From Octopus sinensis (Eukaryota), in contig NC_043010.1 of assembly GCF_006345805.1 (NCBI RefSeq), positions 33,790,001 to 33,854,000 of the forward strand: 64,000 nucleotides of DNA, in the 5' to 3' direction. This document shows, in pieces, positions 13,601 to 27,500 of the stretch (position 1 is its first letter; each line of letters starts with the position of its first letter). The position numbers and the translations under genes were made by a program. The notes beneath the pieces are model-generated. The model saw nothing but the letters and a program-made list of their open reading frames with translations, was not told the DNA's origin and did not search any database.

Positions 13601-16600
13601 TTCTGTATAGTTATCCGCCCCACCTCTTTTCCTCGAAGCTCTAATCAAATTAAACACCTGTATTTTCTGTTGTGTCTTCAGTTAAAGACCTGCTTACTCT
13701 GTGGAGTACTAACAACTTCCTGCTCTTCTTTATTTTCAGAACCAATTTGAAAAAAATTAATGAAGACGTTTCTGAATCGCCTCCCACACGGTACGATTCC
13801 CTTAACACCAGCAAAAAAAAAAAAAAAAAATTCAAAATCAAAAAGGGCTACTAAATTTTTATAGCATTTTTACCTTCTAGAAATATTTAGAACCCCTCAA
13901 CTTTCACTCACTCACAACCTATTTTTCCTTTGTTTTTGCTATTCTTAGTGTTTTTCTTTCTTAAGTTACAGATTTTCTGTTATTTATTTATCGATTTTTT
14001 TTCAGTTGCAGTCTTTATTCTTTGTTTCATGATTTAACATGCTGCATTGTCATGCTGTGATTGCACAGCTTCATTAAATATGCATGCTCTTCCACCTCAC
14101 TCACCCACTGTTCTTATACTAACAGTTAAATGTTGACATTTTCTGTTTTATTTCGTAGCAGCTGTTTTGGCACTGATTGTAAAATGCTTAGGGTATTTCT
14201 TCTCTTGTCCACCTGTTCTCAGTTCAAATATCACTGGTATAAGTAATATAAATACCAGTAATATTCTATTACAACTCTTCTACCTAAAGAGAAAAATCCG
14301 TCTAGCACAGCTGGACTAAACGTCTTGCAATATTAAGTCTTGTTCCTAAGGCGGTGAGCTAGCAGAAATGTTAGCATGGCAGGTGAAATGCTTAGCGGTA
14401 TTTCATCTGTCTTTACGTTCTGAGTTCAAATTCCACTGAGGTCGATTTTGCCTTTCATCCTTTCAAGGTTGATAAATTAAGTACCAGTTGCGTACTGAGG
14501 TTGATCTAATTGATTGCCCCCCTCCCTCCAAAATTTCAGGCCTTGTGCCTAAAGTAGAAAAGAATATTAAGTCCTGTTCTTTTAATTTCTGTTAAAACCT
14601 TGCCTGCTTTGCATGTTATCTCTCTTACAGTTGGTAAAATAAATATGTACCAATCAAATACTGGATCAATTATCTCTTTTGATGCCAACCCACCTGAAGC
14701 CACCCATAGTTCTGGTTTTAAAGTAATCTAATTTAAAATCTTCCACCTAAATTTATGTTCCAAGCACAGTTTAATGATGACAGTCATTTGAGTAAATTTT
14801 TCATTACTTTTAAAAATCAATTGAAACAAAGTTGGTATATTCCAATAAAAATATGGTCACGAAAGGGTTAAATCCACATAGCTTTGATCCAAGACTATAT
14901 TGAGCAACCCTCTTGGAATGCGGAAATACAAACTCCAACAACAGCAAATGTTTAATTCGAGATTTATAGGAATAAGTTAAGGCCAAATAGATATTAAGAC
15001 ATGGAATCTAGTATTCTATTATTTTTGCCATCTTACTACCCCTAACAGTGACACAGGGTCACCAATATTTGGTGGATAGATGATTGAACCAACTCCTCTA
15101 GTGCAAGACTGGTGGTTTGTTAATTCCAGCAGCATTTGAACCTAAAGGGATGCAGCTAAAATATCCTGAGATTTTGCCCAGTACTTTACCAATTTTACTA
15201 ATCACCACTCTTCTTCAGTAATAACCGTGATGAAGAGGAGGAATTGCACTGGTACAAAGTTAAGGATAGTCAAGTGAATTGCTGCCTACTACATAGCTGG
15301 TATGGATTTTAATTGACCTCAGAGAAATGAAAATGAATTAAGCTGACCCTACTTGGATTTCAGTGTACAATATAGAAAGAACATACAAAACTGAATCAAG
15401 AGGTTTTGTCTCCTTCTGTACCATTTCTGCCAGCTCACCGTCTTAATAATAATGGTTTCAAATTTTGTCACAAGACAGCAATTTTTGGGGGGTGGGGATG
15501 AGTCAATTACATCAACCCTCAGTGTTCAACTGGTACTTATTTTATTGACCCCAAAAGGATGAAAGGTAGAGTCAACCTTGGTGGAATTTGAACTCAGAAT
15601 GTAGCCTCAGGCAAAATGCCGCTAAGTATTTCATCCGGTGTGCTAACAATTCTGCCAGAATAATAATAATAATAATAATACAGTAATTATTACTTAAACT
15701 GGCAAATTTTACAAAGAGTTAGAAATCTTTGAAGCTAGGGTCACAATCAACTGACTTTGATTATGTATTTGACTGGTACTTAAGTTATCAACCTCTTCTG
15801 TAGAAATGAGTAACAATAATAATTTTTACCATTGACAATTCTTTTGTTTTGCTTTGTTTTGTTTCTTTATTAGCAAATTTCTTACTGAGATGTTAAAAAA
15901 AAACACTTGTTCTCTTTTTCTTTCCTTCCAGTAGCATCTTCAGCTGCCGCAGTACATTTCTTTCTTTCCTTTTAACTCTTTAACTACATAATTAAATTTC
16001 ATGGTCATTTCAGTAATGATGTTAAATATGTACTAAAAAAAAAAAGTGCAATTGATATTTTCTGCAATTCCCATTTCCTCAGTAAATTTGGTGTAACTCA
16101 ACAGAAAAATAATTTCAAACAAGACATTCCTCAACAAAAAATAGTGACTTCTCAAAAGGACACTATTTAGATTATAGATAACAATCTCATATAATCTGGT
16201 ACTTATTCTGGAAAATTCTAAGTGAATTGAAGTAAAGTATTTTAACAAGAAGTACAGTGAAGTACACTAAGCATTCCAGCCAATGTGCTATTTCACCTGT
16301 CGCTTCGTTCTGAGTCCAAATTTTGCCAAGGTCAGCTTTGCCTTTCATCCTTTCAGGGCGATAAATTAAGTACCAATGAAACACTGGGGTTGATATAATC
16401 AACTAGTCCCTTGCCCAGAAATTTTCAGACCTTGTGCCTTTAGTAGAAAGAATTATTGTTATTATTTTTAAACCAACTTGAAGCAGTAGGTTGGCGGAAC
16501 TGTTAAGATATTGGACAAAATGCCATTAGCTATTCTTTTGACTCTTTACATTCTGAGTTCAAATTCTGCTCGGGTCAACTTTACTTTTCATCCTTTTGGG

Positions 16601-18251
16601 ATCAGTAAAATTCCAATTAAATCCCTCCCCACATATTGCTAACCTTGTGCCAAAATTAGAAGCAATTATTTTTAATCCTTTCGTTACCGTATTTCTTTTG
16701 AGATGCTCTGTGTTTCTTTCAATAAATATTACAAAGAATAACCTAGTTGTCATTAAGCTAGTGTTAGGAACATAAATTGTGACTAAGGTTTGGTGGAAGA
16801 TTTTAGTTCAAAACTTATGGAAACAAGACATTTGTACTCAGAGCCAGAGCCGATTTCAGCCGGGTTTGTAATGAAAGGGTTAAACACATTGAATAACAAT
16901 CTTGACTGACACCGAATTTACCTTTTTAACTTGGTGGCATTTTTACCATCCATTGCTGTTATGTGTTGCACAAGTCTACTGGCCCATACCTACCTTTCTT
17001 TATATTTTGTGCATCTTGGGCTTACTACTTCATATCATCTATATAAAACAACAATACTCACATTTTTACATTCGCCACATTATCTTTTATATAAGATATT
17101 CTTTAATTTGTGTAGTAAATTATTTTCTGTACTCCGAGTTTCTCTCTCTCTCCCTCATTTTTCCTCACCTTGCTTCTGCTTTGTTGTAGGAATGAAGTCA
17201 CTGCTGAAGGGCACAAACCTTTGGAGTCAGAAAATTCTGACGATGCTGATAAAGAAAGGAAATTGAAGGCTTCCCAAAAACTACTTTCCATCTCTGTACC
17301 AGTCGTTATATTTCTCATTATCGTCATGAGTAGCTTTCTGCTTGGCCTCTACTTCTTCTACAACTACCTAGGTAAGTATTTTCAGCAGAACACCAGCAAT
17401 ACTCAGCTCTCTTCTTTCTCTCTCTCCTCTGACATTTATCTCTATCTCTCACTCACTCCTCTTTCTCTCACAAAATCTCAGTCCATCCCACGGGACATTC
17501 TATTATTATCCAGTGGTTTAAGGTGGAAAGCTGGCAGAATCATTAGCTCGCTGGACAAAATGCTTTGCAGCATTTCATTTGTCTCCATGTTCTGAGTTCA
17601 AATTCCTGCTGAAATTAACTTTGCTTTTCATCCTTCCAGCGTCGATAAAATAAGTACCAGTTAAACACTGGGGGCAATGTAATCGACTTACCTCCTCCCC
17701 CGAAAGTGTTAGCCTTGTGCCAAAATTTGAAATCCTTATTATCCAGTGGTTAATCTACTTGACCAACAAAGACTCACTACTACCTTGGTAGTAATAAATG
17801 AAAGCTCGGTAGTAGCAGTTTAGCTTATACTTTTCAATATTGGCATCATACTTTTCAATATCTGCATCACTTGTCCCTTTGTTGAGCAATTTCATCTAAT
17901 TCTGTAACCCTTGCTGGGTGAGTACAGTCTTATGTAAGGTTGTACAGTAGGTGGTTCAGATGATAAACCAGAATTTAGGTTATATAGGAGGAAAAAATGG
18001 ATATAATAACAATGGGAAACTCATGGTTTTCGCTGGTATGTCTTTAATTAAAGAGATAACAAAGAAGGAAGAAGCAGAGATGAGGGTAGCCACCCTCATC
18101 TCTGCTTCTTCCTTCTTTGTTATCTCTTTAATTAAAGACATACCAGTGCAAACCATGCTTCTTCCTTCTTTGTTATCTATTTAATTAGAAACATATCAGC
18201 AAAAACCACGAGTTTCTCATTGTTAATATATCTATTTTCTTATATATATAT

Positions 18252-18290
<39 letters not shown>

Positions 18291-21200
18291 GACTTCTTAT
18301 ATGTTGGACATTCTTGTTAAAGATGACCTATGAGTGCTCAAGAAGACAAAAAAAATCCCAACAAGAATCAAATAACAGCAGAAACAGAAAAACACATAAA
18401 TAGACAGTCAACAACACACACTCACATTACTATTACTACAATTCACCAATATTTATAATTCATTCAATTCACCTGGTCACTCCTCGTGTGAGTCCCCAGG
18501 CCACCAAAAGCAATATGGATGTGAGCATGACTCATTGAACCAGCACATCTCTCTTTCTCCTTCCTCTTATTCTTTCTCAAAGTATAAACAGCTAACAAGT
18601 AGGGGTTTAGAGAGAGATAGAGATGTGGAATATGTCACAGTCACTGTGATGGGAAGGAAGAACTGTCTGTAATTGTATAAATGATAATTCATTGTGATAT
18701 CATAAAGATAATTATTTCCACTAATTCTTCATTATCATTATTGTTATTGACAAACATTTACTGATTTTTCATCTCTCCTTATGTTCATTCCATTTTGAAT
18801 CTGACTCAGTTTAGCTCCCAAACATATTTGTTCAATTTCTTTCTGTCCTCTTCTTAACCACAATTCCATTCTCCAAAAAATTTTTAATCTAAAATTTTTT
18901 TTGTGCCTGTTTTTTTTTAAAAATTTATTTAATTATTATTTTCATCTTAAATTCATTATGGGTGCAACAATTTAATATATAGAACTTGGTGTTTGAAACG
19001 AATGTATTAAACATGTTTGACTGTTTGATTCAGAAGAGAAAATTTTCTATTTTCAATTTTTTTTTTCCCTTTTAATCCTACAAATTCTAAAATAGTTTTC
19101 TAAAATGACTAATTTGTTGTGTTTTTTAAAAATTTATTTATCGATTTATTATATTTTTTGACTTAATCGAAATTGTTCAAATAATTTTTGGTACTTCAAA
19201 TTCTTGTTTAACATTTTAATCTTCTACTGACGGTTGTGATACCTGTATTTTGTCTTGTCATTATATATTAGAGTATTAGGTTGCAGACAAAACTATTGGC
19301 TTCAGTTTGTACAGCCAGATGTCAATGTAATGGCATTATTTCTTAACCCTTTAACATTCAAATTTGGTGTCAGTTCAGCAACAATAGAAACAATGTTTGT
19401 TGTTTAAACTGGTCGTAAACAACCACATTGACACACAACCTTTTCTAACAGTTAACTCTGCTATGACGAGATTGCACCAGCATTAATACTTTAGCATTAT
19501 CATCTCAACATTTTTATGAATACATCAAAATATCTAATAACCATGATCTTTATGAAATACCTGTTATACCTTAGATAAGACATACTATTCTTGAGTGTAT
19601 GAATACATCATGTACATCTAATGCCAAGGATATTATGAATATTTATATACATTAAATATATGTGAATACATTATATATATCTAATGTCTATAGTATTATA
19701 AATACTATAAAGTTTAATCTTATTCTTCTACTTTATATAACTACATAAATATACAGATCAACTGCCATTAATATTGTGAATGCTAAAGGGTTGAACCTTA
19801 GAGGAGACACACTTTTCCGAATGAATTTATTCAGTTTCACAATCATTAATAATATTAACCACTGCTAATACTGTAAATTTCAAAACAATATGAGAGTTGT
19901 GGTGTATGTATTACTATACAATAAGACAGCATGCAAAAAATGAATACGATCTGAATTTTGACAGTTATTTCTTCATTTATTTGTTTTTATTTTTTTTGTT
20001 CAACATGATTATGTATTTTGGAATAAGATTGGCAGCCTTATTAAAATAGTCATTATAGATTTTCTCTTGGCAAGTGAGCAATTGAAGATATAATATCATT
20101 CCAATACTAGAATGTTCTTGATCATTCTATGGTATTATGTAATGAACAATGGTCAAGGAGTTTATATATATATATTTTGGATCATCCCATAAATAATGCG
20201 GTTTTCTTTTACTTATTTTTCAAAATTAAGATAGTTCTTTTTTAATCTAAAATATACTCTCCCTCATTTTCTACAATGCTCTTCCATCTATCTGGTAGAC
20301 TTGCAAAGCCCCTCTTCCAAAATACACTTGTCCATGACAAATGATACTCCTCCAATACTGATCTGACCTGGTCTACAGAATTCATATTTTTTCTGTCCAA
20401 ATGATTTTGAAGACTGCAGAATAAATGATAATCAAATGGGGCAATGTCCAGTGAATATGATGGATGGGGCATCATTTCCTATTCAAACTGCTCCAGCCTT
20501 TAGAATGTCATCCTCGCTGTATGTGGCTGATGGAAGAACACCTTTCGTCTTGAAACCAAAGATGGTCGTTTTTCTTCTAGTGCTGACTTGAATGATTGGT
20601 TGAATGACCAAATCCAAGCTTCTCTGCTAGTTCCTCAACAGTTACAATGGAATTTTGTTCCAATAGGCTTTGCAGGACATCCTTGTTGAGCTCTACAGAT
20701 CTTTCATGATGAGGCTTGTCTTCTTGGCTGTAGTTTCTGGCTCTGAATTTCTGGAACCACCATTGACACTGGCTTATGCTTATTGTCCAATCCCCATATA
20801 CTGCATTGATATTCCTCGCACTTTTCGTTGCATTTATTGAACTCATAAAGTCAACTATGCTGAATATGCTCCTTTGACACTTCCATTATAGCTTCGAAAA
20901 AATAATTGTTAAAATCGAATTGTACTCCTCAAAAATTGCACTAAGAATAAGGACAAGGTAAAATTACTACCTGCTTTTATAGCAAGTTGATGCCCTTAGT
21001 TTATCCCATTCCCCTCCAACTTTTAGTTCATGCAACTGAAAAACCGCATTATTTATAGGATGACTCAATATAATGTTTGTATATAAAACAGCCTAGTCTT
21101 GTTGCAATGGATTTTTTTTTTTAGATAAAAGCCTGTGTAATGAGAGAGCAGTAGATTGTGACTTCAAATCTAATTTGGATCCTCGTCAATTCCAATGTAG

Positions 21201-24200
21201 TCAAATCCCCAAATTACCTAAGCAACATGAAATTAAACATGCTTTCATAAACAGAATTAGTCAACTCATTTGCTGCATGAAAAGTTGGATAATTATTGTT
21301 ACTGAGCTTAACACTACCAACTGAAAAATGACAGTCTTATGAATTCTTTAAAGTCTTCACAAAAAATGCACTTCTCTTCAGTCAGATCAGATTTGAGTTA
21401 GAACCAGAAACCTTTCTCCCAATTTCTAATCATTCAACATGTTGTGAGGTACTCTAACCCTTTAGCATTAGCTAAATGTAATGTATATTTATTCACATTG
21501 TTTTGAATTAATCATGCATTTTCTCATAGCTTCAAGATTTCAGTGATGTGATTGTTTATTTTTTTTAGAATGACATTGTTGGGTAGGTGCCAAAGGCCAG
21601 ATCTGGCCAGTCTACGTATAAGACAAGTAGAATATTTGGGCCAGACATGGCTGGTTTAAATGCTAAAGGGTTATAATACAACTGAACATAATGCCATGTA
21701 TAAAACTTATTCTTTTTCTGTGTGACACAATATATATAGTTACTATTACTTGTTTGTTTCACATGACCATTTGAGAAATTCTGTGATCCTCTGGGTTGTT
21801 TGTGTCATACCAGCAGAGCATCCCTATCCAAAATAGATTTGATATTATAATCTTTTGATTACAATATATATATATATCTATATATATATGTATATATGCT
21901 CTCTGTCTGTTTCGCTATTTTTAAGAGCTTTATCAACATTACTTTACATAGAGACTAAATATATGTACAGCTGTTTGTGTTTACTACAGATTACAGATGT
22001 TCTCCACAGAAGTCTGTACTCTGCACTGTTTTATTTTATTTTTAGCAAGTTAACCACTTAAAAAAATTGTAAAGTTTGATATTTCAATGTCTAAATATCT
22101 GCGCAGGGTCATTTGGAATAATAATAATAATAATAATTATTTCATTTATTTAATTTTTCCTATTTTTGTGTTCTACATTGATTTGATTGACTCAAGCTCC
22201 AATAATCTTCAGGCATTTTTACTGTTAAATATATATATATATTCTTTTCTAGGCTGGGTCTAAACTCAGAAACACATTCTCTCTCTCTCTCTTTTTTTTT
22301 TTTTTTTTTGTTTTCTTTTTAACTGATTACATATTTCTGCACTTAGCCTTCTATAATGTTTACTCAAAATTTCTAAATACTTTCTACTGAACATCTCACT
22401 AAGCTATATTGTGTTGTGTGTGTAACTCTGCATTTGGTACTGAACCAGTGCATGTATTTTTTTTTATTGGCATAATGACCCTCCCTAAACACTAGATATA
22501 CATATATGGTTATATATATATGTTTATGTATGTTAATGTGATGTCAGTTGAGCTATGTATGCTGTAAGGCTTCAGTTTTTGTTACCTTTTACAACTTTAC
22601 ATGTCTTGCAGCTGTTACATCATACATGATGCTGCTTTTACTTTCACTATCAATGCTCTGTTGGTCAACACCGCCCTCTGAGGAATGTTATTGATCCACT
22701 ATAGATAGCACCAAGTTAAGATATCTAATAACTAGCCTTGATATCAACAGTTTGCATCCATTACTGTCCCCCACAGACTAATTCACTCTCTATAAGCAGT
22801 CTCAATTTCCTCTAATGTGACACGACAAGCACTTGACTCGAACCCGCAGGGGAAAAGGAAGCGAGGACGCCCAAAGCAGACATGGAAGTGGAGCATTTTG
22901 GACAAGCTCAGGACTACTGGTCTGACATGGGAGGCAGCCAAGAAACACGCCAATTACCGCAAAAAGTGGAAAACAACTGTTGAGGCCCTATGCTCCACAA
23001 GGGGCAAAAAGGATTAAGGAGAAGAAACAGTTTCAATACTGAGATCATTTCCTTCTGTGTGCATGAGCTATAATAGAAGCATTAATAATAGATCTTTACT
23101 TGAGCCAGCACTGGAGTCTACATGCAGTCACTTGACTCGCTAGAAATAACAGCTAAATTTCTAAATAAAGGAAAGGCACTTTGGGTAATGTAGTTTTAAA
23201 TCTGACAGAAAAAGATCATGATATTGACTACTAAAATGTATTTAATCATAGATCTGCTTGATCAAGGCTGACCTGGGGCTTATCTATAAAAACATGGTCT
23301 TTTTATTGCTAATGCAGCCAAATAAAGATTCTTGTTGACACAAGCAACTCCTTGGCCTTTTCTCATAAAAAATTTTAATAAGTACAGTGTTTACACAGCT
23401 GTGACAATATGTAGTCTTAAAAAGAAACATACAAGAATTTATCTAATGCTTTTGGTCCAACATATATGGCTTGTAGTAATTCTAAAATCAAGGTGTCTTG
23501 GTTGTGTGATAGCTTAAACTCTGATCTATTTAACACTTTAACCTCTATTGTGAATATTTAATGAGAGTGCCCCTATTTGATCACTTAGCCTTCCAGAAAT
23601 AAGTTAAATCTCCCTCAAATCACACCTCATTGTCTTATAAAAAGATAAAGGCATGTGAGATAATGTTGCCCTAGATACCTCTGAAAAGATGAGGTGGTCA
23701 AGATTGGAATGCTTTTGATCATTTGATTAATTAGTTAACTCATCTGTTCTAGGGAAAGTTACATAATTATTGTCATTTATTTATTGTCAAATTTAACATC
23801 ACCGACTGATAAACAGATTCTTAACACAAAAAAGTCACTTTTCTTCAGTTTCAATTTGAACAAAAATCCTTAAACTCTTATAATTTCACATTTGGCCTAG
23901 AGCTAAGTTGAAACTTTAACCCAAATATTCTACTTGCTTTTTGTTTAAGCTGGCCAGCTCTCACACCTATCCTACAATGTCATTCTAAAAATAAAACAAT
24001 TACACCATCAAATTCACAAAGCTACAAGATAATGTGTAATTAATTCAAAATAATTGTAGATAAATTAGCATTACATTTGACAGAGTAATCATAAATGCCA
24101 AAGGGATTAAACTCTGCAGCAGCAAAATACCCTTTGGGAAAAGATAGCAAAAAGTGTTTTAATTCAAATCTAAACGGGATCAAATTTTCTCACCCCCACC

Positions 24201-24496
24201 CCTCCTTATACACCATAGTTTCTTGAGCATAAAATAAGAGCAGTAATATGTATGGTGGAACTATGTCAGTGTTCCCCCTTACAGGCTTGCATTGAACACT
24301 TAGACATTGCTTAGTTTTCATATCTTACCAATGTTTGTTCTTTTGTCAATTATATATAATAGCATATATATATAGTATGCATGCATATGCATTTGGTTAT
24401 TTAAATATATTTTGTGCTTATATACAGTTCATACCTAATACTTTTTTCAGTAAGCTAAACTCCCCACACACACATCTATGCATGCATGTGTGCCTG

Positions 24497-24537
<41 letters not shown>

Positions 24538-27500
24538 AATTAAGGAGTGTGTGTGCATTACATAAATAATATTTTAATATTTTCAAGATTAAATAAAAAG
24601 ATATGACCTACCTATATATATATATTATATATATATATATATATACATGTAGTAAATAAAGAAACGAACATATACTAAATACACAAATGGACAGAAAGCA
24701 CAGAAGGTCACCAATTTTTCATCAGTTATCGGCCAGAAGATCAAACGCAATTTCGGCCCTTATTGAAAATATTGCTTCCATTTGTTGTCTTTTTATTTAT
24801 TTATTTATATATATACACACACACACATTTTATGTGTATGAAATGTATGTGTGTATTTACTTACTCAATTATGTAATTTTAGTATTTTAATATTTATTTT
24901 GATTGTCAATTTAACATGTAATATTTGCCTCTTTATATTCTCATTATTAACAGCCACAGCAACATTTTCATCATCATCATTGCCACAATTACTTAGCCCC
25001 AACTACTTCATATCATTTAAAGTATTTAATTTTTCATTACTGTCATTGTCACATTCCTCATCACCTAATCGCCAATATTATCATATGGTCAAGGGTATTA
25101 GAATAGCAGAGATAAGATTTGTTGGACGAAAGAAATGTTTTGTTAATTAGTTCTTTAAAAAGCAGAGTATGTCAAACATCAAACAAATATTTTACTGTAT
25201 TTAGTTGTGTCCCCTTTTGTTTCGAATTCAAATTCTGCCAATGTCAGTTCGATAAAACAAAATATCACATGTATGCAGGCATGGCTAAGTTGTCAAGGAA
25301 CTTGCATCACAAACCATGTGGATTCAGGTTCAGTTCCACTTTACAGCACTTTGAAAAGAAATATCTTCTATTATAGACTCGGTTGACCAATACCTTGTGA
25401 GTGGAATTTGATAAACGAAATCTGTGCAGAACCCCATGACTCATTGGAAATCTGTAACTAACACCGCTATCATAAACTGTATTATAAAATACAGAAAATA
25501 AATAGAAGTATAATGGTTGATATAATCACTGATGACATCCCCACCCCATAAAAAAAATTTGTAACCTTTCTATCTAAATTGGTTTCAAATTTTGGCACAC
25601 AGCCAACAATTTCAGGGAATGGGGTTAATCTATTATATTGACCCCAGTACTCAACTGGAACTTATTTTATCAACCCTGAATGGATAAAAGGCAAAGTCGA
25701 CCTCAGTGGAATTTGAACTTAGAACATGAATATGAACAAAATGTATTTTGCCTGGCATGCTAACAATTCTGCCAGCTCACTGCCTTATAATTTGGAATAA
25801 TATTGCCTACACAGTCTTCTCAGTAGATCTCAAAGAACTGACATTCCTTCTTAGAACTGCATCTGCTATTGATTTCAGTGTCTTTCTTCAATTAAGTCAT
25901 CTTTCCATCTCAAGAGACAGTTGCACTTTAGTGCATTACTACCAAGGAGCAAGATTGTATGAAGGGCTGGCTGTTATTGTTGTAATTTAACTCTGGTTCT
26001 AAAGTTGCTTTAGCCTCCATTATCCTGTCTTTTCTCAGTCTGTCTAGGACAACACTAGGCAATGTGTCCTTTTCTGAAAAGATAGCAGATTTCAGGACTT
26101 CTACCAGGCTAAGCAGCTAGAGCTTTGCTCATTGTCTTACTGTTGCAATACAGCTGATATACACACACCCACCCACACACACACATACGCTCTCTCTCTC
26201 TCTCTCTCTCACCAGACAAGTCTCTCCCTCTGTTTGAATTCATTTTGAAGAATTGCTGAGACATTTGGTAACTGATTTTGATATGGAACCCTGTATTGGA
26301 ATGGTGACCCCCTCCAAACTTACAGGATAAAGTTGAATTTACACTACAACTTAACAAATCACACGTTGATTTCTCAATACATCTATTTGCTTTGAAGAGT
26401 TGCCTGCCTCTGACACCTACATTGTCAGCTAGATAGACCGCAGCTTTTTTAGAATTAACTGCCGTGACATGAACCAACTGTACCCCTACTTGTAGCTTTA
26501 TCTCTTCTTATCCACTCAGCCATCCATGTTCTCAACTGCCCTGTTTGTCTCCTGGAGACAAATTGTTTGCTACAGAGGCCAATATCTTCTTCAACTAACC
26601 TCAACATATTTTCTCAATTTTCATGGCCAAAGTATTTTTCGTACAAAAATCTTGCTCAATTTTTGATTATTTCATTTCAGTATATGTTGTGATTGTTATA
26701 TTCATGGTTGCTGCTTCCATTGCATTCTACTCATGTTTTAAACCTTTGTGGAACTATATAATTCCAGGAAAACAACGGTAAGACTTTCAATTTTTACCTT
26801 CAGTTATTGTTGTTCTTGAGATTCCCTTCCCAGATCATCAAGACCTATGATCATAGGTATTTAAGTCATTGGGGTGTGATTTTGTGAGGCAATTTGGCTG
26901 TTATTTCTAGTTGATTGAACTATCATCTAGAGCAGGGGTTCTTAACCATTTTTTTATCCATGGATCCCTTTGATTACCATTTTATTCTGGTGGACCCCCA
27001 TAGCCATCGATGTTTAAAAACTAGTTTTATAGAAACTTCTTTCAAAATTCCTGTTTTGTTTTTCAAACATTAACTTTGTATTTGTTGAACTATGTAAAAC
27101 ATTAGAGAAAGAAGCCTAGCTATTTTTTGCAATAAATAGCAATACATACATCTAAAACAAAATTTCTTCAGGGGCCCTTAAAATACTATTGTGGATCCCC
27201 AATTTACTATTTTGTTGCATGGACCCTCAAAATCTCGGGTGTCATATGGACCCCAGTTGAGAACCACTGACCTAGAGGCTCCCTCATTAATGGTTGTGGT
27301 GCTTAGACCCAGATCAGCTTTAATTCAGAAAGCTTAGAAACAAAGACAATGCAAATGCAACATCTTTTGTTCAGACATATTGTCTCTAAACACCACATTA
27401 TCTATTGTACCCTTCCTTTTTATAAGATGTTACAGTGTGAATTTGAAGAACATTTTTGACTTCTATTTTTAGGCGATCTAGGGACCATGTATAAGCACCG

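Noticed and set aside
20242-20846. Functional SETMAR-like domesticated transposase
   Set aside because: Fragmented by stops and frameshifts with an internal deletion; flanked by TIRs, so a dead element
22612-22690. Candidate TM3 exon after ttgcAG
   Set aside because: Stops in all frames before a good donor; the real TM3 exon is 26681-26777
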